IMG/VR virus record: IMGVR_UViG_3300032291_002123
Location: 38,066-102,065 of that record
From: a virus
Direction: 5' to 3' (one strand)
DNA: 64,000 nucleotides
Part shown: piece after piece, positions 37,480 to 45,972 of the stretch
How the letters are laid out: each line of letters opens with the position of its first letter
Numbering within the stretch: the first letter of the stretch is position 1
The notes under the pieces: model-generated
The model's input: only the letters and a program-made list of their open reading frames with translations
Databases searched by the model: none
Told to the model about the DNA's origin: nothing
Position numbers and translations under genes: made by a program

Positions 37480-37710
37480 TTATAGAACAGGCGTGGCGCA
37501 CTCAGCGCAGACAATCCATTCAGCCTCGTCGTCCAGACATACAACGAATGCGACGAAGCCAGCGTCAGTGCTGCCCACTTGCTCGTGGCATTGCTCGCAC
37601 GACTCGTCGTCGAAGATGTCGAGTCCCACTGCGTTACCAGCGTCGACGTCGTGCGGTTCTTCAATCAGGTGCATCTCGATGTGTCTCATGTTTATAGGAT
37701 AAAACATCAT
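37480..37710 (-). CDS. Cys-rich hypothetical protein
   Basis: CEQC...CAEC. Confidence 0.5.
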   Translation of the reverse strand: MMFYPINMRHIEMHLIEEPHDVDAGNAVGLDIFDDESCEQCHEQVGSTDAGFVAFVVCLDDEAEWIVCAECATPVL

Positions 37711-38126
37711 CCGTTACGTGATTTGGACGTTGCTGCTACACGTCTGGTGCGAGTCATCCGTTTGCTGCGGCTGACTGTAGCATAAGCGTAAGTCGCACCC
37801 GTTGCTTGCTGAGCAGCGTCCCCGTCACTGGCTACGCAGCAATCCCTTGCCGTCATCGCATGCCGTTATGTAATTCCCAGCGCAGCGGGAGTCATCCATC
37901 AACGTGCGTGGAAAATCAGGCACCCTTTGGTGGCACGCCGTTGCTGCGTGGAAAATCAGGCACCCTTTGGCTCGCCGCTGCGAGAAGACATCCGTTATCA
38001 CTTACCGTTATGTAATAAACTCGCCAGGCTCCACACCAGGTGGGACACCAGGCTCGCCGCTGGTCATCTGTAACACAAGCCGTTATGTAATTAACAGCGC
38101 TGCGGGTCTCTTGGTCGTTTCGGTTC

Positions 38127-38894
38127 TTACTGAACTGCTATAAACAAACCCGTTAGGGTGGCAAGCCGTTGCAAAGAGGGGAAGTCAACGTCACCCGTTG
38201 AGGTTGATGCGGGGTAACCGATGCTCCGTTGGAACTTAGCGTAAGCAAGTCGAGTGCGGGTATCGAAGTGTCCCCTTGGCAAGCCGTTGATGTTGAGCAG
38301 CACACCCAGTGCGAGTTGCACCGTCTCGACGTTCTTGTGCTTTATACCCGTCCTCACCTGTGCGGTTGAGATTCGAGGCACCGTTGCGTTTTCGGGGAGT
38401 GGCGTATGGCTTGCCGTTGAAAAGGACGGACGTCCAAACCCCATCACCTCGTGCGTCGAGCGTATCCGTTTAAACACTCCGTCATCTTGGGCAGTGCGCT
38501 TTGGCATGCCGCTGACCGTCATACCCTCCACCGTTTCGAACGTCCCGTCTATGGCGTGCCGTTCAGTGTTTATTACTATACCCACATGTGGCGTGCCGTA
38601 ATCGTTAACCGTTGACGTCTCGAAGAAGACAATGTCCCCCCGTCGAGGTTTATTATAAAAGCGACCCGTCTTCAGGAATTCGCTTAATCCGTTAAGCGGA
38701 TATGTCAGAGAGGGAAGTGGCGTGCCGCTTTCCTTTGCGACGACGTCAATGAACGCACCGTCCCACGGTTGTCCGTTATTACCTAATCGCTCGCCGAAGA
38801 TGTTGTCTCGGTTAGGGCGTGCCGTGTATCCGATGTAACTTAAGGCTTTATCAATGAAGCGCTGGACGTTATCCGTCGGAGTTCTGAATATCAT
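38127..38894 (-). CDS. CHAP-like amidase domain plus peptidoglycan-binding domain (catalytic Cys replaced)
   Basis: ALSYIGY...GQPWDGAF...PRRGDIVFF...HVGIV...TVEG; C-terminal VETVQLAL...GHFDTRTRLAYAKFQ. Confidence 0.75.
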   Translation of the reverse strand: MIFRTPTDNVQRFIDKALSYIGYTARPNRDNIFGERLGNNGQPWDGAFIDVVAKESGTPLPSLTYPLNGLSEFLKTGRFYNKPRRGDIVFFETSTVNDYGTPHVGIVINTERHAIDGTFETVEGMTVSGMPKRTAQDDGVFKRIRSTHEVMGFGRPSFSTASHTPLPENATVPRISTAQVRTGIKHKNVETVQLALGVLLNINGLPRGHFDTRTRLAYAKFQRSIGYPASTSTGDVDFPSLQRLATLTGLFIAVQ

Positions 38895-39075
38895 TAGCAG
38901 GTAATCCGTCTTCCGTGTAATTCATAAGGGAGTGGAGAATGTTAGATGCTTCGTTAGCACGAGCCGTTACTCGAACATGTTCCATTCTAGTCGACGCAAG
39001 TTGAACATCCTCGGCAAGCCGCAAAGCGTGTTCGGTTGCCATTTCAATTATATCATTTAGAGTCATCGTTGTCAA
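38869..39075 (-). CDS. Hypothetical protein
   Basis: Overlapping co-oriented ORF. Confidence 0.6.
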   Translation of the reverse strand: MTTMTLNDIIEMATEHALRLAEDVQLASTRMEHVRVTARANEASNILHSLMNYTEDGLPANDIQNSDG

Positions 39076-39964
39076 CTACTTCTTCCGCATCTACTATAAC
39101 TTCGTTTTCTTGCTGAGTTGCTTCGAAGCGCCGCTGCGCTTCGATTGCGTTATTACTTAAGCGCTGCAGACGTTCAGCAATAATGCTTGCGGCGGGACGC
39201 ACGTCTAGTGAGACTTCGGTGTTAATGTCAAACCCAGCACGCACACCAGCACGGTCTAGGATTTCCGTTGCCGCTTTCAACTTGACAGGCTCTGACTCTG
39301 CGTTATCCATCAAATCTTCTAATATATCAACGGCGTTAGGTGCGGCTTGGGTCAGACGTTGACGAGCACGTTCTACTGAGTCCGTTGGTTTATTACGTAA
39401 GGAACCTAAGTGGACACGACAGAAGCCGTCATCACCCGGGCGTCCTCCACTCCAAAGTTGACAGCGGATGCCGTCATCTTTGATTGCCTTGCATCGGTGA
39501 GGAAGAGGTGCTGGTTTCTTGGGGGCGACGCCCGTAAGTTCGAATTCGTTGCTTTGCTTCTGCCAAGCACGGGTTGCTCCAAGTACCCACGGTGGAACAA
39601 TGAGGTCAGCCGCCTCTTCAACAAGAAGGTCGACGCCCGTTAAGTAATTACTGTTCTTGTCAGAGGGGTCAACTAAAATAGCCCGCTTCTCGTCGATGGA
39701 ACGTAGACGTTGTTCAGATTGCATCTCGGGTGAGATTGCTTGGATGGTTCCAGTAGGAACGCCGTTAATTGCGTAAACAGGAATCCAGTTGAACTTTGCT
39801 CGGCGGAGGGCTTGCCGATTTTCAAATGTATCTTCGCAGACGCCTCTGTCAACTTCTTCGATGCCGTGAAGGGAAAGGTCGGGGCGGAGGTTGATGGGGG
39901 TGTCGATTTGAACGACAGGAGTTTCAAGTTCAGGTTTAGAGAACGGGTCTACCATCTCTGACAT
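39053..39964 (-). CDS. Candidate terminase small subunit (C-C-C-H zinc motif plus helical oligomerisation region)
   Basis: RCKA..DDG.RC...GFCRVHLG followed by ARQRL..AAP.AV..L..L...AESE.VKLKAATEILDRAG, a pattern common in TerS-like proteins. Confidence 0.45.
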   Translation of the reverse strand: MSEMVDPFSKPELETPVVQIDTPINLRPDLSLHGIEEVDRGVCEDTFENRQALRRAKFNWIPVYAINGVPTGTIQAISPEMQSEQRLRSIDEKRAILVDPSDKNSNYLTGVDLLVEEAADLIVPPWVLGATRAWQKQSNEFELTGVAPKKPAPLPHRCKAIKDDGIRCQLWSGGRPGDDGFCRVHLGSLRNKPTDSVERARQRLTQAAPNAVDILEDLMDNAESEPVKLKAATEILDRAGVRAGFDINTEVSLDVRPAASIIAERLQRLSNNAIEAQRRFEATQQENEVIVDAEEVVDNDDSK

Positions 39965-40257
39965 AAGCCTTCGACATCCTTAAGTAAGACCGAGCAGGAA
40001 GACTTGGGGAGAGACTGCTTCCTGCCCGGTCGACTTTTGCAACGTTCTTAAGGTTGCCGTCTTAAGGTGTCTCTTCCCGCCAAGGTTTTTATAAACCCTG
40101 ACGTATAACACTATAAAGGGAAAGCCGAATAGCGTTCGGACGATTTTTTGGGTGAGGTGAGGGAGAGAGAAGCGTTTTCCGTTTAGAAAGGCAAAAAAAT
40201 CCCCTAGAAATCAAGGAACTCGAAATCTAGGGGAAGTTTTTTGAAAGTGATTTGAAA

Positions 40258-40617
40258 TTACTTCTTTTTTGGTGCTGGTTTCTTTTTAGCCGTTGGCTTT
40301 TTAGCGACAGGTTTTGTCTTGTCTTCAATCTTGATGTCAGTCTTTTTAGCCGTTGGTTTTTTACTTACAGGGTCAGGAGAGCAAGAGCACTTACCTTTTC
40401 CGCCACAGCATTTGATGATTTGAGTCTCAGCCTTTTTCTCTTGGATAAGGGTGAACTTCTCGATTCGTTTAGGGTCGTCATTCTTGTAGACGAGTTTCTG
40501 CTCGTCGTCAGTCACCCATTTACCTTTGCTGTCTCGTGCAATCTGTTCGATGTAGATGTCGGTACGGCGAGACTTTTCAAACCTGATTTTGTTCAGATAG
40601 TTTTTTAGCCACTTCAT
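40258..40617 (-). CDS. Hypothetical protein with a Lys/Pro/Ala-rich tail
   Basis: KKPTAKK repeats; CC...C.C. Confidence 0.6.
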   Translation of the reverse strand: MKWLKNYLNKIRFEKSRRTDIYIEQIARDSKGKWVTDDEQKLVYKNDDPKRIEKFTLIQEKKAETQIIKCCGGKGKCSCSPDPVSKKPTAKKTDIKIEDKTKPVAKKPTAKKKPAPKKK

Positions 40618-40880
40618 GTTGGTTCCTTTTCGGATTGGTTGGAATTAGATTCTAGCGGTTCTGATTCTTGACCATCAGTCTCGGTCCGTGCTGATAGGTC
40701 AGTGGTCGGCTCGGGAAGAATATCTTGCGAATTAGATTTTTCATTTTTGTCCTTTTTGTCATTTTGTTTATCTTTGCATTTCTCACAGTGACAATACCAG
40801 ATTCTCTCGTAATATACAAGTTCTGGCTTGCACGTGTCGTGATGTCCTGTAATGCACCATCCGCAGATGTGCTCGGACAT
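40614..40880 (-). CDS. Cys/His-rich hypothetical protein
   Basis: CGWCITGHH..C...CHCEKC; coupled. Confidence 0.6.
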   Translation of the reverse strand: MSEHICGWCITGHHDTCKPELVYYERIWYCHCEKCKDKQNDKKDKNEKSNSQDILPEPTTDLSARTETDGQESEPLESNSNQSEKEPT

Positions 40881-41308
40881 TATACAATTCCTTTGTCGCT
40901 ACCGCTCTCGGTTAGCATGCTTGCTTGCATCCATTTTCCAAAGAACTCTCCTAACTCCATCGGAGTGAGTTCCTCGAATTCTTCAACTCGCTTAGGGTCA
41001 ATCAATCCAAGTTCGACAATCTTGAGAACTTGCTTTAGGAAAACTGCGTAGTCCCCTGCTTGCTCGAAGTCTAAGTCTCGACGCTCCTCTGGAATTTCCA
41101 AGAACGACAAGATATCAAGTTCTTTTATATCTTTGTAGTTGATGGTCATAACATTTAAACTCAACTCGAACTTACTTGGGTCGTCGTTTATGGAACTTCC
41201 CAAATGATTTCCTTGTGGTGCTGAACTTTTACCATTGGGTCTAAGTAAACCTTGTAGCCATTTCTTTGTGCGTTTATACACCATGAGTAGTCCTCTCCTA
41301 TATTGCAA
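40880..41308 (-). CDS. Hypothetical protein (true start probably ~41150)
   Basis: Co-oriented; the 5' part overlaps the upstream gene. Confidence 0.5.
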   Translation of the reverse strand: MQYRRGLLMVYKRTKKWLQGLLRPNGKSSAPQGNHLGSSINDDPSKFELSLNVMTINYKDIKELDILSFLEIPEERRDLDFEQAGDYAVFLKQVLKIVELGLIDPKRVEEFEELTPMELGEFFGKWMQASMLTESGSDKGIV

Positions 41309-41880
41309 ACGTGAGACAAGTTATCCCACTGGACATATTCAATTTTGAACCAAGGTCTGTCCATACCTTCGAACACTCCCGACTTCATAGCCACAAAGCC
41401 GAAACCTACTCCGCCAACTTCGAACGGTTCATCTTTCATAAAGAGTTCTCGTTCGTTGATGATGTTTGGTCTCCCAAACTGGTCATACTTGTTGGCAGCG
41501 ATTGTGCCATCGAGACTGGTCATGTAGACGCCACTCACAATCTCTAGGTCTGAAGTAAAGATTCTCGCAAAGTCTTCGACCTTCCAAGAGATGTCACTAT
41601 CAATCCAAAAGATTTTGTCGTAAGTGTATTCACCACAACCAACTTCTTTAGTATCCCACCGATTCACACTGCTGTCAAGTGCTGTCAATTCTCTACCGCT
41701 TGGAATGAATGACGACGCTTTACCAATCAACCGATAGGTGTATCCCATTTCATTCAGCCACGAAGTTGTCGCAACCAAACTCTGAACATACTCTGCCACC
41801 ATGTATTTTCCCGGTGTAGCAATCAGAACGTTGTAGTGCTTTTTATTTGCCATGGTCATAACATCCTTTGCATAACCCAT
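41188..41880 (-). CDS. GT-A fold glycosyltransferase-like protein
   Basis: VLIATP, FWIDSDI (DxD), GFGFVAMKSGVFE, GEDYSWC, H. Confidence 0.75.
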   Translation of the reverse strand: MGYAKDVMTMANKKHYNVLIATPGKYMVAEYVQSLVATTSWLNEMGYTYRLIGKASSFIPSGRELTALDSSVNRWDTKEVGCGEYTYDKIFWIDSDISWKVEDFARIFTSDLEIVSGVYMTSLDGTIAANKYDQFGRPNIINERELFMKDEPFEVGGVGFGFVAMKSGVFEGMDRPWFKIEYVQWDNLSHVCNIGEDYSWCINAQRNGYKVYLDPMVKVQHHKEIIWEVP

Positions 41881-42457
41881 CGTCTTCGTTTAACCAAGGT
41901 TGGAATCTACTTAACATAAAAGTTTTCCCTGCCCCTGACATTGAAAAAGTTCTGTAGCAGATTTTACAGCGACCAACTCGCTCTTCTCTAAAGCAAGGGT
42001 CTAGTGCTATTCGCTTTCTAACTGTCTCGGAGTAATCAATCATTGCTTGGTAAGCGTCGACTCTACGGACATGCTTTTCTGGTGTAAGTGGATACAGCAA
42101 CTTGTCTACTTCATACACATACGGGTCAGGGTCAATATCGACGTTGTATTTCATCTGATACCCAAAAGTCCAACCAGCAGGGACATCAACATCAGTCATT
42201 CCGTATTCGTACTTAGCAGGAACGAACCCGAGAATTAATCTCCAGTGCCACATTCCACCTTGGCTCTTTGCATTTTCGTAGACACAGTAATCACCCAACC
42301 CAAAACTCCACTCAGCGTCCATGTCATAACGCACGCTGTTGTTGTAGGCGTAGCAATCTTTTTCGAACTCAACAATCTGAGCCTCCGTCATTCCTTGTTC
42401 AACCAACACGGCACTCCCTACATAGCATCTTGTCCCAACCAGTTGCATCATTAGCAA
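41843..42457 (-). CDS. Hypothetical protein
   Basis: Fills the gap between co-oriented genes; start uncertain. Confidence 0.5.
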   Translation of the reverse strand: MLMMQLVGTRCYVGSAVLVEQGMTEAQIVEFEKDCYAYNNSVRYDMDAEWSFGLGDYCVYENAKSQGGMWHWRLILGFVPAKYEYGMTDVDVPAGWTFGYQMKYNVDIDPDPYVYEVDKLLYPLTPEKHVRRVDAYQAMIDYSETVRKRIALDPCFREERVGRCKICYRTFSMSGAGKTFMLSRFQPWLNEDDGLCKGCYDHGK

Positions 42458-42848
42458 CTCTGCCGTCTTGTGTCATAGGTACTGGAGCAACTGCAACTTC
42501 GGCGTTGCATTTGTCGCACTTCTGCTCAATCAGCCACTCAATCTCTGCGCCAAGTTTCTGAGCAGCGATGATTCCCTGAGTTAGCGCATGCAACCCACCA
42601 GCACCATGAGTCTTACGAATAAACACTCTGGTGTTGCTACTCTCAAGAACTGCTCTTGGAGTTCGACATGGGCAACTCTGTTTCTGAGCATTACACTTGT
42701 GAACTCCACGGTGAGAGATAAACGCATGAAACTTCATCGTGTGACCGCAGATACAAATTCTGCCGTCTCGATTTCCATAACGCTCGACTTGCTCGAACGC
42801 TTCCTTTGCTTCATCCTCTGAAACATCTAAAAAATCAAACGCTGACAT
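42399..42848 (-). CDS. Zinc-finger hypothetical protein
   Basis: CICGH...H...C...C.C; CDKC...CREC; AAAGGA RBS. Confidence 0.7.
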   Translation of the reverse strand: MSAFDFLDVSEDEAKEAFEQVERYGNRDGRICICGHTMKFHAFISHRGVHKCNAQKQSCPCRTPRAVLESSNTRVFIRKTHGAGGLHALTQGIIAAQKLGAEIEWLIEQKCDKCNAEVAVAPVPMTQDGRVANDATGWDKMLCRECRVG

Positions 42849-42894
42849 TTTTTCCTTTTCCTAAATATAAATCCTTGAAACATACTCTAGCACA

Positions 42895-43235
42895 CCTAAC
42901 CCTACCTAAACAACCTAATCTATTCAATAATCTAATAGACCGTGTTTCAGGTCACCTCCATACGCACACGCACACGCGTATAGTGATTTACAGTCTATTA
43001 GATTATTAGGTTAATTAGGTTAGAGATACTATCACGAAAAAGTCCTTTTCTTTCTACTTTTCCTAGATAGTATCCTGAAAAACCACTCTTAGAGATACTA
43101 TCCAAAAACGCCGTTTTTAATATCACTTTTCGAGATAGTATCTTTTTCTCTATAATAACTATTGACATAACCCTTAAACACCATAAACAACTTTAAACTA
43201 ATTCTTTTTTCACTTTTTCAGATAGTATCTCTAGC
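42895..43235. repeat. Candidate replication origin: 5 inverted/direct AGATACTATC-type iterons plus a 13-bp inverted repeat at the strand switch
   Basis: Cores at 43024, 43065, 43093, 43133, 43220; taatctaatagac (42928) / gtctattagatta (42993); AT-rich; genes diverge here. Confidence 0.6.
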
Positions 43236-43289
43236 ATTTCTACCTCCGCCTCCTCGAAATCAGTTTCACCCAATGCGGTAAAATTAACT

Positions 43290-43526
43290 ATGTTTAGTCT
43301 CGAAGATTATCAAGAAGCAGTCGAATCTAACTTAAGAAAGATTCGTCTAAGCGAACTAGTCGTCTCCGAGGCTCACTCGAACTTAGTTGTTCCCATCTAC
43401 CCCGAAGATAAAGCAGACCTTTTAATTGCTACCGAAAGGCTTGCGGAGTCTGCTTTCCTACTCTTAGAGCAGGTTAGAGAGATTGTTTGGGAAGAGTCGA
43501 AGAACCAGCCGTCTAGCGAAAGTTAA
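43290..43526 (+). CDS. Hypothetical protein
   Basis: First plus-strand ORF after the switch; probably leaderless after TAAAAT. Confidence 0.6.
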   Translation: MFSLEDYQEAVESNLRKIRLSELVVSEAHSNLVVPIYPEDKADLLIATERLAESAFLLLEQVREIVWEESKNQPSSES

Positions 43527-43536
43527 ATAATAAAAG

Positions 43537-45972
43537 ATGCTACGCCCTAACAGGGGCGAGGGAGAGCGTCCGAAGTATAAAGCACCGCAGATTACTCTTG
43601 CAGTGCTTCTATCTGCCTACCCAATTTGTATGGCAGAACAGGCTACTTACGCTTCTGTTTCCTCATTTGGCGTATTGCCACAATCGTCGCAACAATCACC
43701 ATTATCAACCAACCAGCGCCTATTCCAATCAGGAAACTGGCTAGGTCTAAATACAGGTAAAATTCCATTTTTAAATCCTTTCAATCTGACCCCAGAAGAG
43801 TATCAGAAAGAAGTCGAGAAGGCAACCGCTAGGGTCGAAACTGCCCAAAAACGCCTATCTACCGCCCAAAACAGCCTAGATACTGCCACAACAGCCAAGG
43901 ATAAGGCTCAATCAGCCCTAGACACCGCCAAAACAGCCTTTGACACAGCAACTGACCTTCTAGATAGTCTAAAAGACAGCACTGACAGCACGTCTGACAG
44001 CCTAGATGCTGCCAAAAAAGCCTTAGACACGGCTCTAGATGACTTGACTTCTGCTAAAGAAGCGCTACAATCTGCTGACGAACTGCTGAATCGTCAGACG
44101 ACTATCACGCAATCAGCACAGGCTGCCCTAGCGACTGCCCAAGCAAGTCTCAGCACAGCGTCTTCAAACTTACAATCAGCACAGACTGCCTATAACTTAG
44201 CCAGCACCACTCTCAGCAACTCACTCTCAGCATTACAGTCTGCACAGTCTGCCTATGACTCCTCACAAGTTCCTAACCCAAACTACGTTGCTCCAACCAC
44301 AACTTTTGTTCCAGTTTCTTACAACATTCCAGACAACAACTTCACAACAGGCACCCCTTGGATTGGTGACGGTTCAGGACAAAACGGACAGCCAGAGATT
44401 CACTCAGGACACTTGCACTTCTCTTATGTTGCAACAGAGGTGTATCAAGACATTCTTATTTCGCCACGTGCAATTGCTAACTACACCTTCACCGTTGGAG
44501 TTTGGAACCAAGACCAAAACTCGATAGGTCAAGGAGCAGTCGCAGATACGTATGGCTTACGTATTTATTTCTACGACACCAACAACAACTTAGTCCACCA
44601 AGATGCTTTCACATCTAACGCAATTCACTCTTGGCAGGATGTCGTCTTGCAAGGCAACACTAATACTCAAACTCAGATAAGCAGAGTTCGTATCGCCGTT
44701 TACGGAATCGACAATGGTTACTGGGCAGGCACATACGGTCCTGCCATGAACAACGTTCGTCTCCTTCTAGGTTGGACAACTGGCGTAACTCAAGGTTCAA
44801 CCACAACTGGAACCATGCAAGTAAACATTAACGAAGGCGGAGAATCAACCTACACAGCGCCTAATGGTGGAGTGTTTACTTCAAGCAACTTGCGCTACGA
44901 GGCTATCGACGACCCAACCTGCGGAACAAATGTTACCCCCTCAAACCTAGGCTCCAACACCATCACCCTTGCTGCCGACAACGGACTATGGGGCGACCCT
45001 TGCGGAGGCTACTACAAGCGTATTGTTGGAACTCTCACCTACTCTACCAATGAGCCACAGTTCATCAAAGACCCAACACTCTACACAGCATTGCAAACAG
45101 CACAAAGCCAATACAACTCAGCGCAGTCTGCTTATGTAACAGCGCAGTCATCTCTACAACAAGCGCAGGTTGCTAGAGACGAAGCGCAGTCATCTGTAGA
45201 AGATGCACAACCTTATGTCACAGATTCCCAAACAGACTTATTAAACCTTCAAGACTCTAAAGATGAAGCCGTTGCAACCGTTGCTAGTCTTCAAGCGATT
45301 TACGATACTGCAGAAACTACCTATGAGTCAGAGCAATCAAAACTAGAAGCGTCTCAATCTGAATTAGAGGAAGCACAGACTGCTTATGAAAAAGCAGAGG
45401 CAACTTACGAAACAGCGCAGAGCAACTTTGACGATACAGAAACAGAATTCGAGTCTGCCTCTTTAAGTGTCGAAGAAGCGACTACTGATTTAAAGGATGC
45501 TCAAGAAGAGTTGGACTCAATTCCAGAACCAGAAGAACCGAAAGAGCCAGAGGCTCCAGAGATTCCAGAAGTTGACCCTAAGGAACTAAGCGAAGCAGAA
45601 GTAGAAGAACTTGTCTCTCAAGCAGAGGAAGTCCTAGAGTCTGCAGAGCAAGGCTCACCAGAATACCAACAAGCACTGGAAGCCTTGGCATTTGCTGCCG
45701 AAGCAGATGACCCAGAAATCTCTGCAGAACTTGCTGCTATCCCACTCCTAGGTGATGCAGCAGCAGCAGCATTAGAAGTTCTAAACAACCTAGGAAACGT
45801 CGGTGCTGACATGGCACCAGCAGTTCGAGAGGACGCAGAGAAAACAATCCTTGCATCCGTCATCGCAACTGGAGCCGCAATTAACGCAGTTCAAGCAGCA
45901 GCAGGGGCAGCCGCTTCTGCCGCAACCACCGCAAGCGCATCAACATCAAGCACACCAAGAAGGAGCATCTAA
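43537..45972 (+). CDS. Long coiled-coil surface protein with central carbohydrate-binding-like domains
   Basis: Hydrophobic N-terminal segment; A/S/Q/T heptads on both sides of a beta-rich insert containing WGDPCGGYYKRI; acidic PE-rich linker; Ala-rich C-terminus. Confidence 0.7.
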   Translation: MLRPNRGEGERPKYKAPQITLAVLLSAYPICMAEQATYASVSSFGVLPQSSQQSPLSTNQRLFQSGNWLGLNTGKIPFLNPFNLTPEEYQKEVEKATARVETAQKRLSTAQNSLDTATTAKDKAQSALDTAKTAFDTATDLLDSLKDSTDSTSDSLDAAKKALDTALDDLTSAKEALQSADELLNRQTTITQSAQAALATAQASLSTASSNLQSAQTAYNLASTTLSNSLSALQSAQSAYDSSQVPNPNYVAPTTTFVPVSYNIPDNNFTTGTPWIGDGSGQNGQPEIHSGHLHFSYVATEVYQDILISPRAIANYTFTVGVWNQDQNSIGQGAVADTYGLRIYFYDTNNNLVHQDAFTSNAIHSWQDVVLQGNTNTQTQISRVRIAVYGIDNGYWAGTYGPAMNNVRLLLGWTTGVTQGSTTTGTMQVNINEGGESTYTAPNGGVFTSSNLRYEAIDDPTCGTNVTPSNLGSNTITLAADNGLWGDPCGGYYKRIVGTLTYSTNEPQFIKDPTLYTALQTAQSQYNSAQSAYVTAQSSLQQAQVARDEAQSSVEDAQPYVTDSQTDLLNLQDSKDEAVATVASLQAIYDTAETTYESEQSKLEASQSELEEAQTAYEKAEATYETAQSNFDDTETEFESASLSVEEATTDLKDAQEELDSIPEPEEPKEPEAPEIPEVDPKELSEAEVEELVSQAEEVLESAEQGSPEYQQALEALAFAAEADDPEISAELAAIPLLGDAAAAALEVLNNLGNVGADMAPAVREDAEKTILASVIATGAAINAVQAAAGAAASAATTASASTSSTPRRSI

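Larger units (their letters stand above)
15847..37968. repeat. 14 dispersed copies of a 24-bp bipartite box TGCGTGGAAAA-N6-ACCCTT(T)
   Basis: Starts: 15847(-), 17012(+), 18590(+), 20153(-), 23647(-), 24315(-), 25149(+), 25960(+), 27389(-), 29024(-), 30168(+), 32336(+), 37905(+), 37945(+). All are intergenic. Confidence 0.95.

Noticed and set aside
15847-37968. CRISPR array interpretation of the 24-bp boxes
   Set aside because: Spacing is 0.04-5.5 kb with whole genes between copies, orientation is mixed, the centre is variable and no cas genes are present.
15847-37968. Classical integron attC sites or canonical Xer dif sites
   Set aside because: No GTTRRRY/RYYYAAC ends or long hairpins; the arms are not inverted repeats and do not match the XerC/XerD consensus; no integrase in the window. 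Only the spacing geometry is dif-like.
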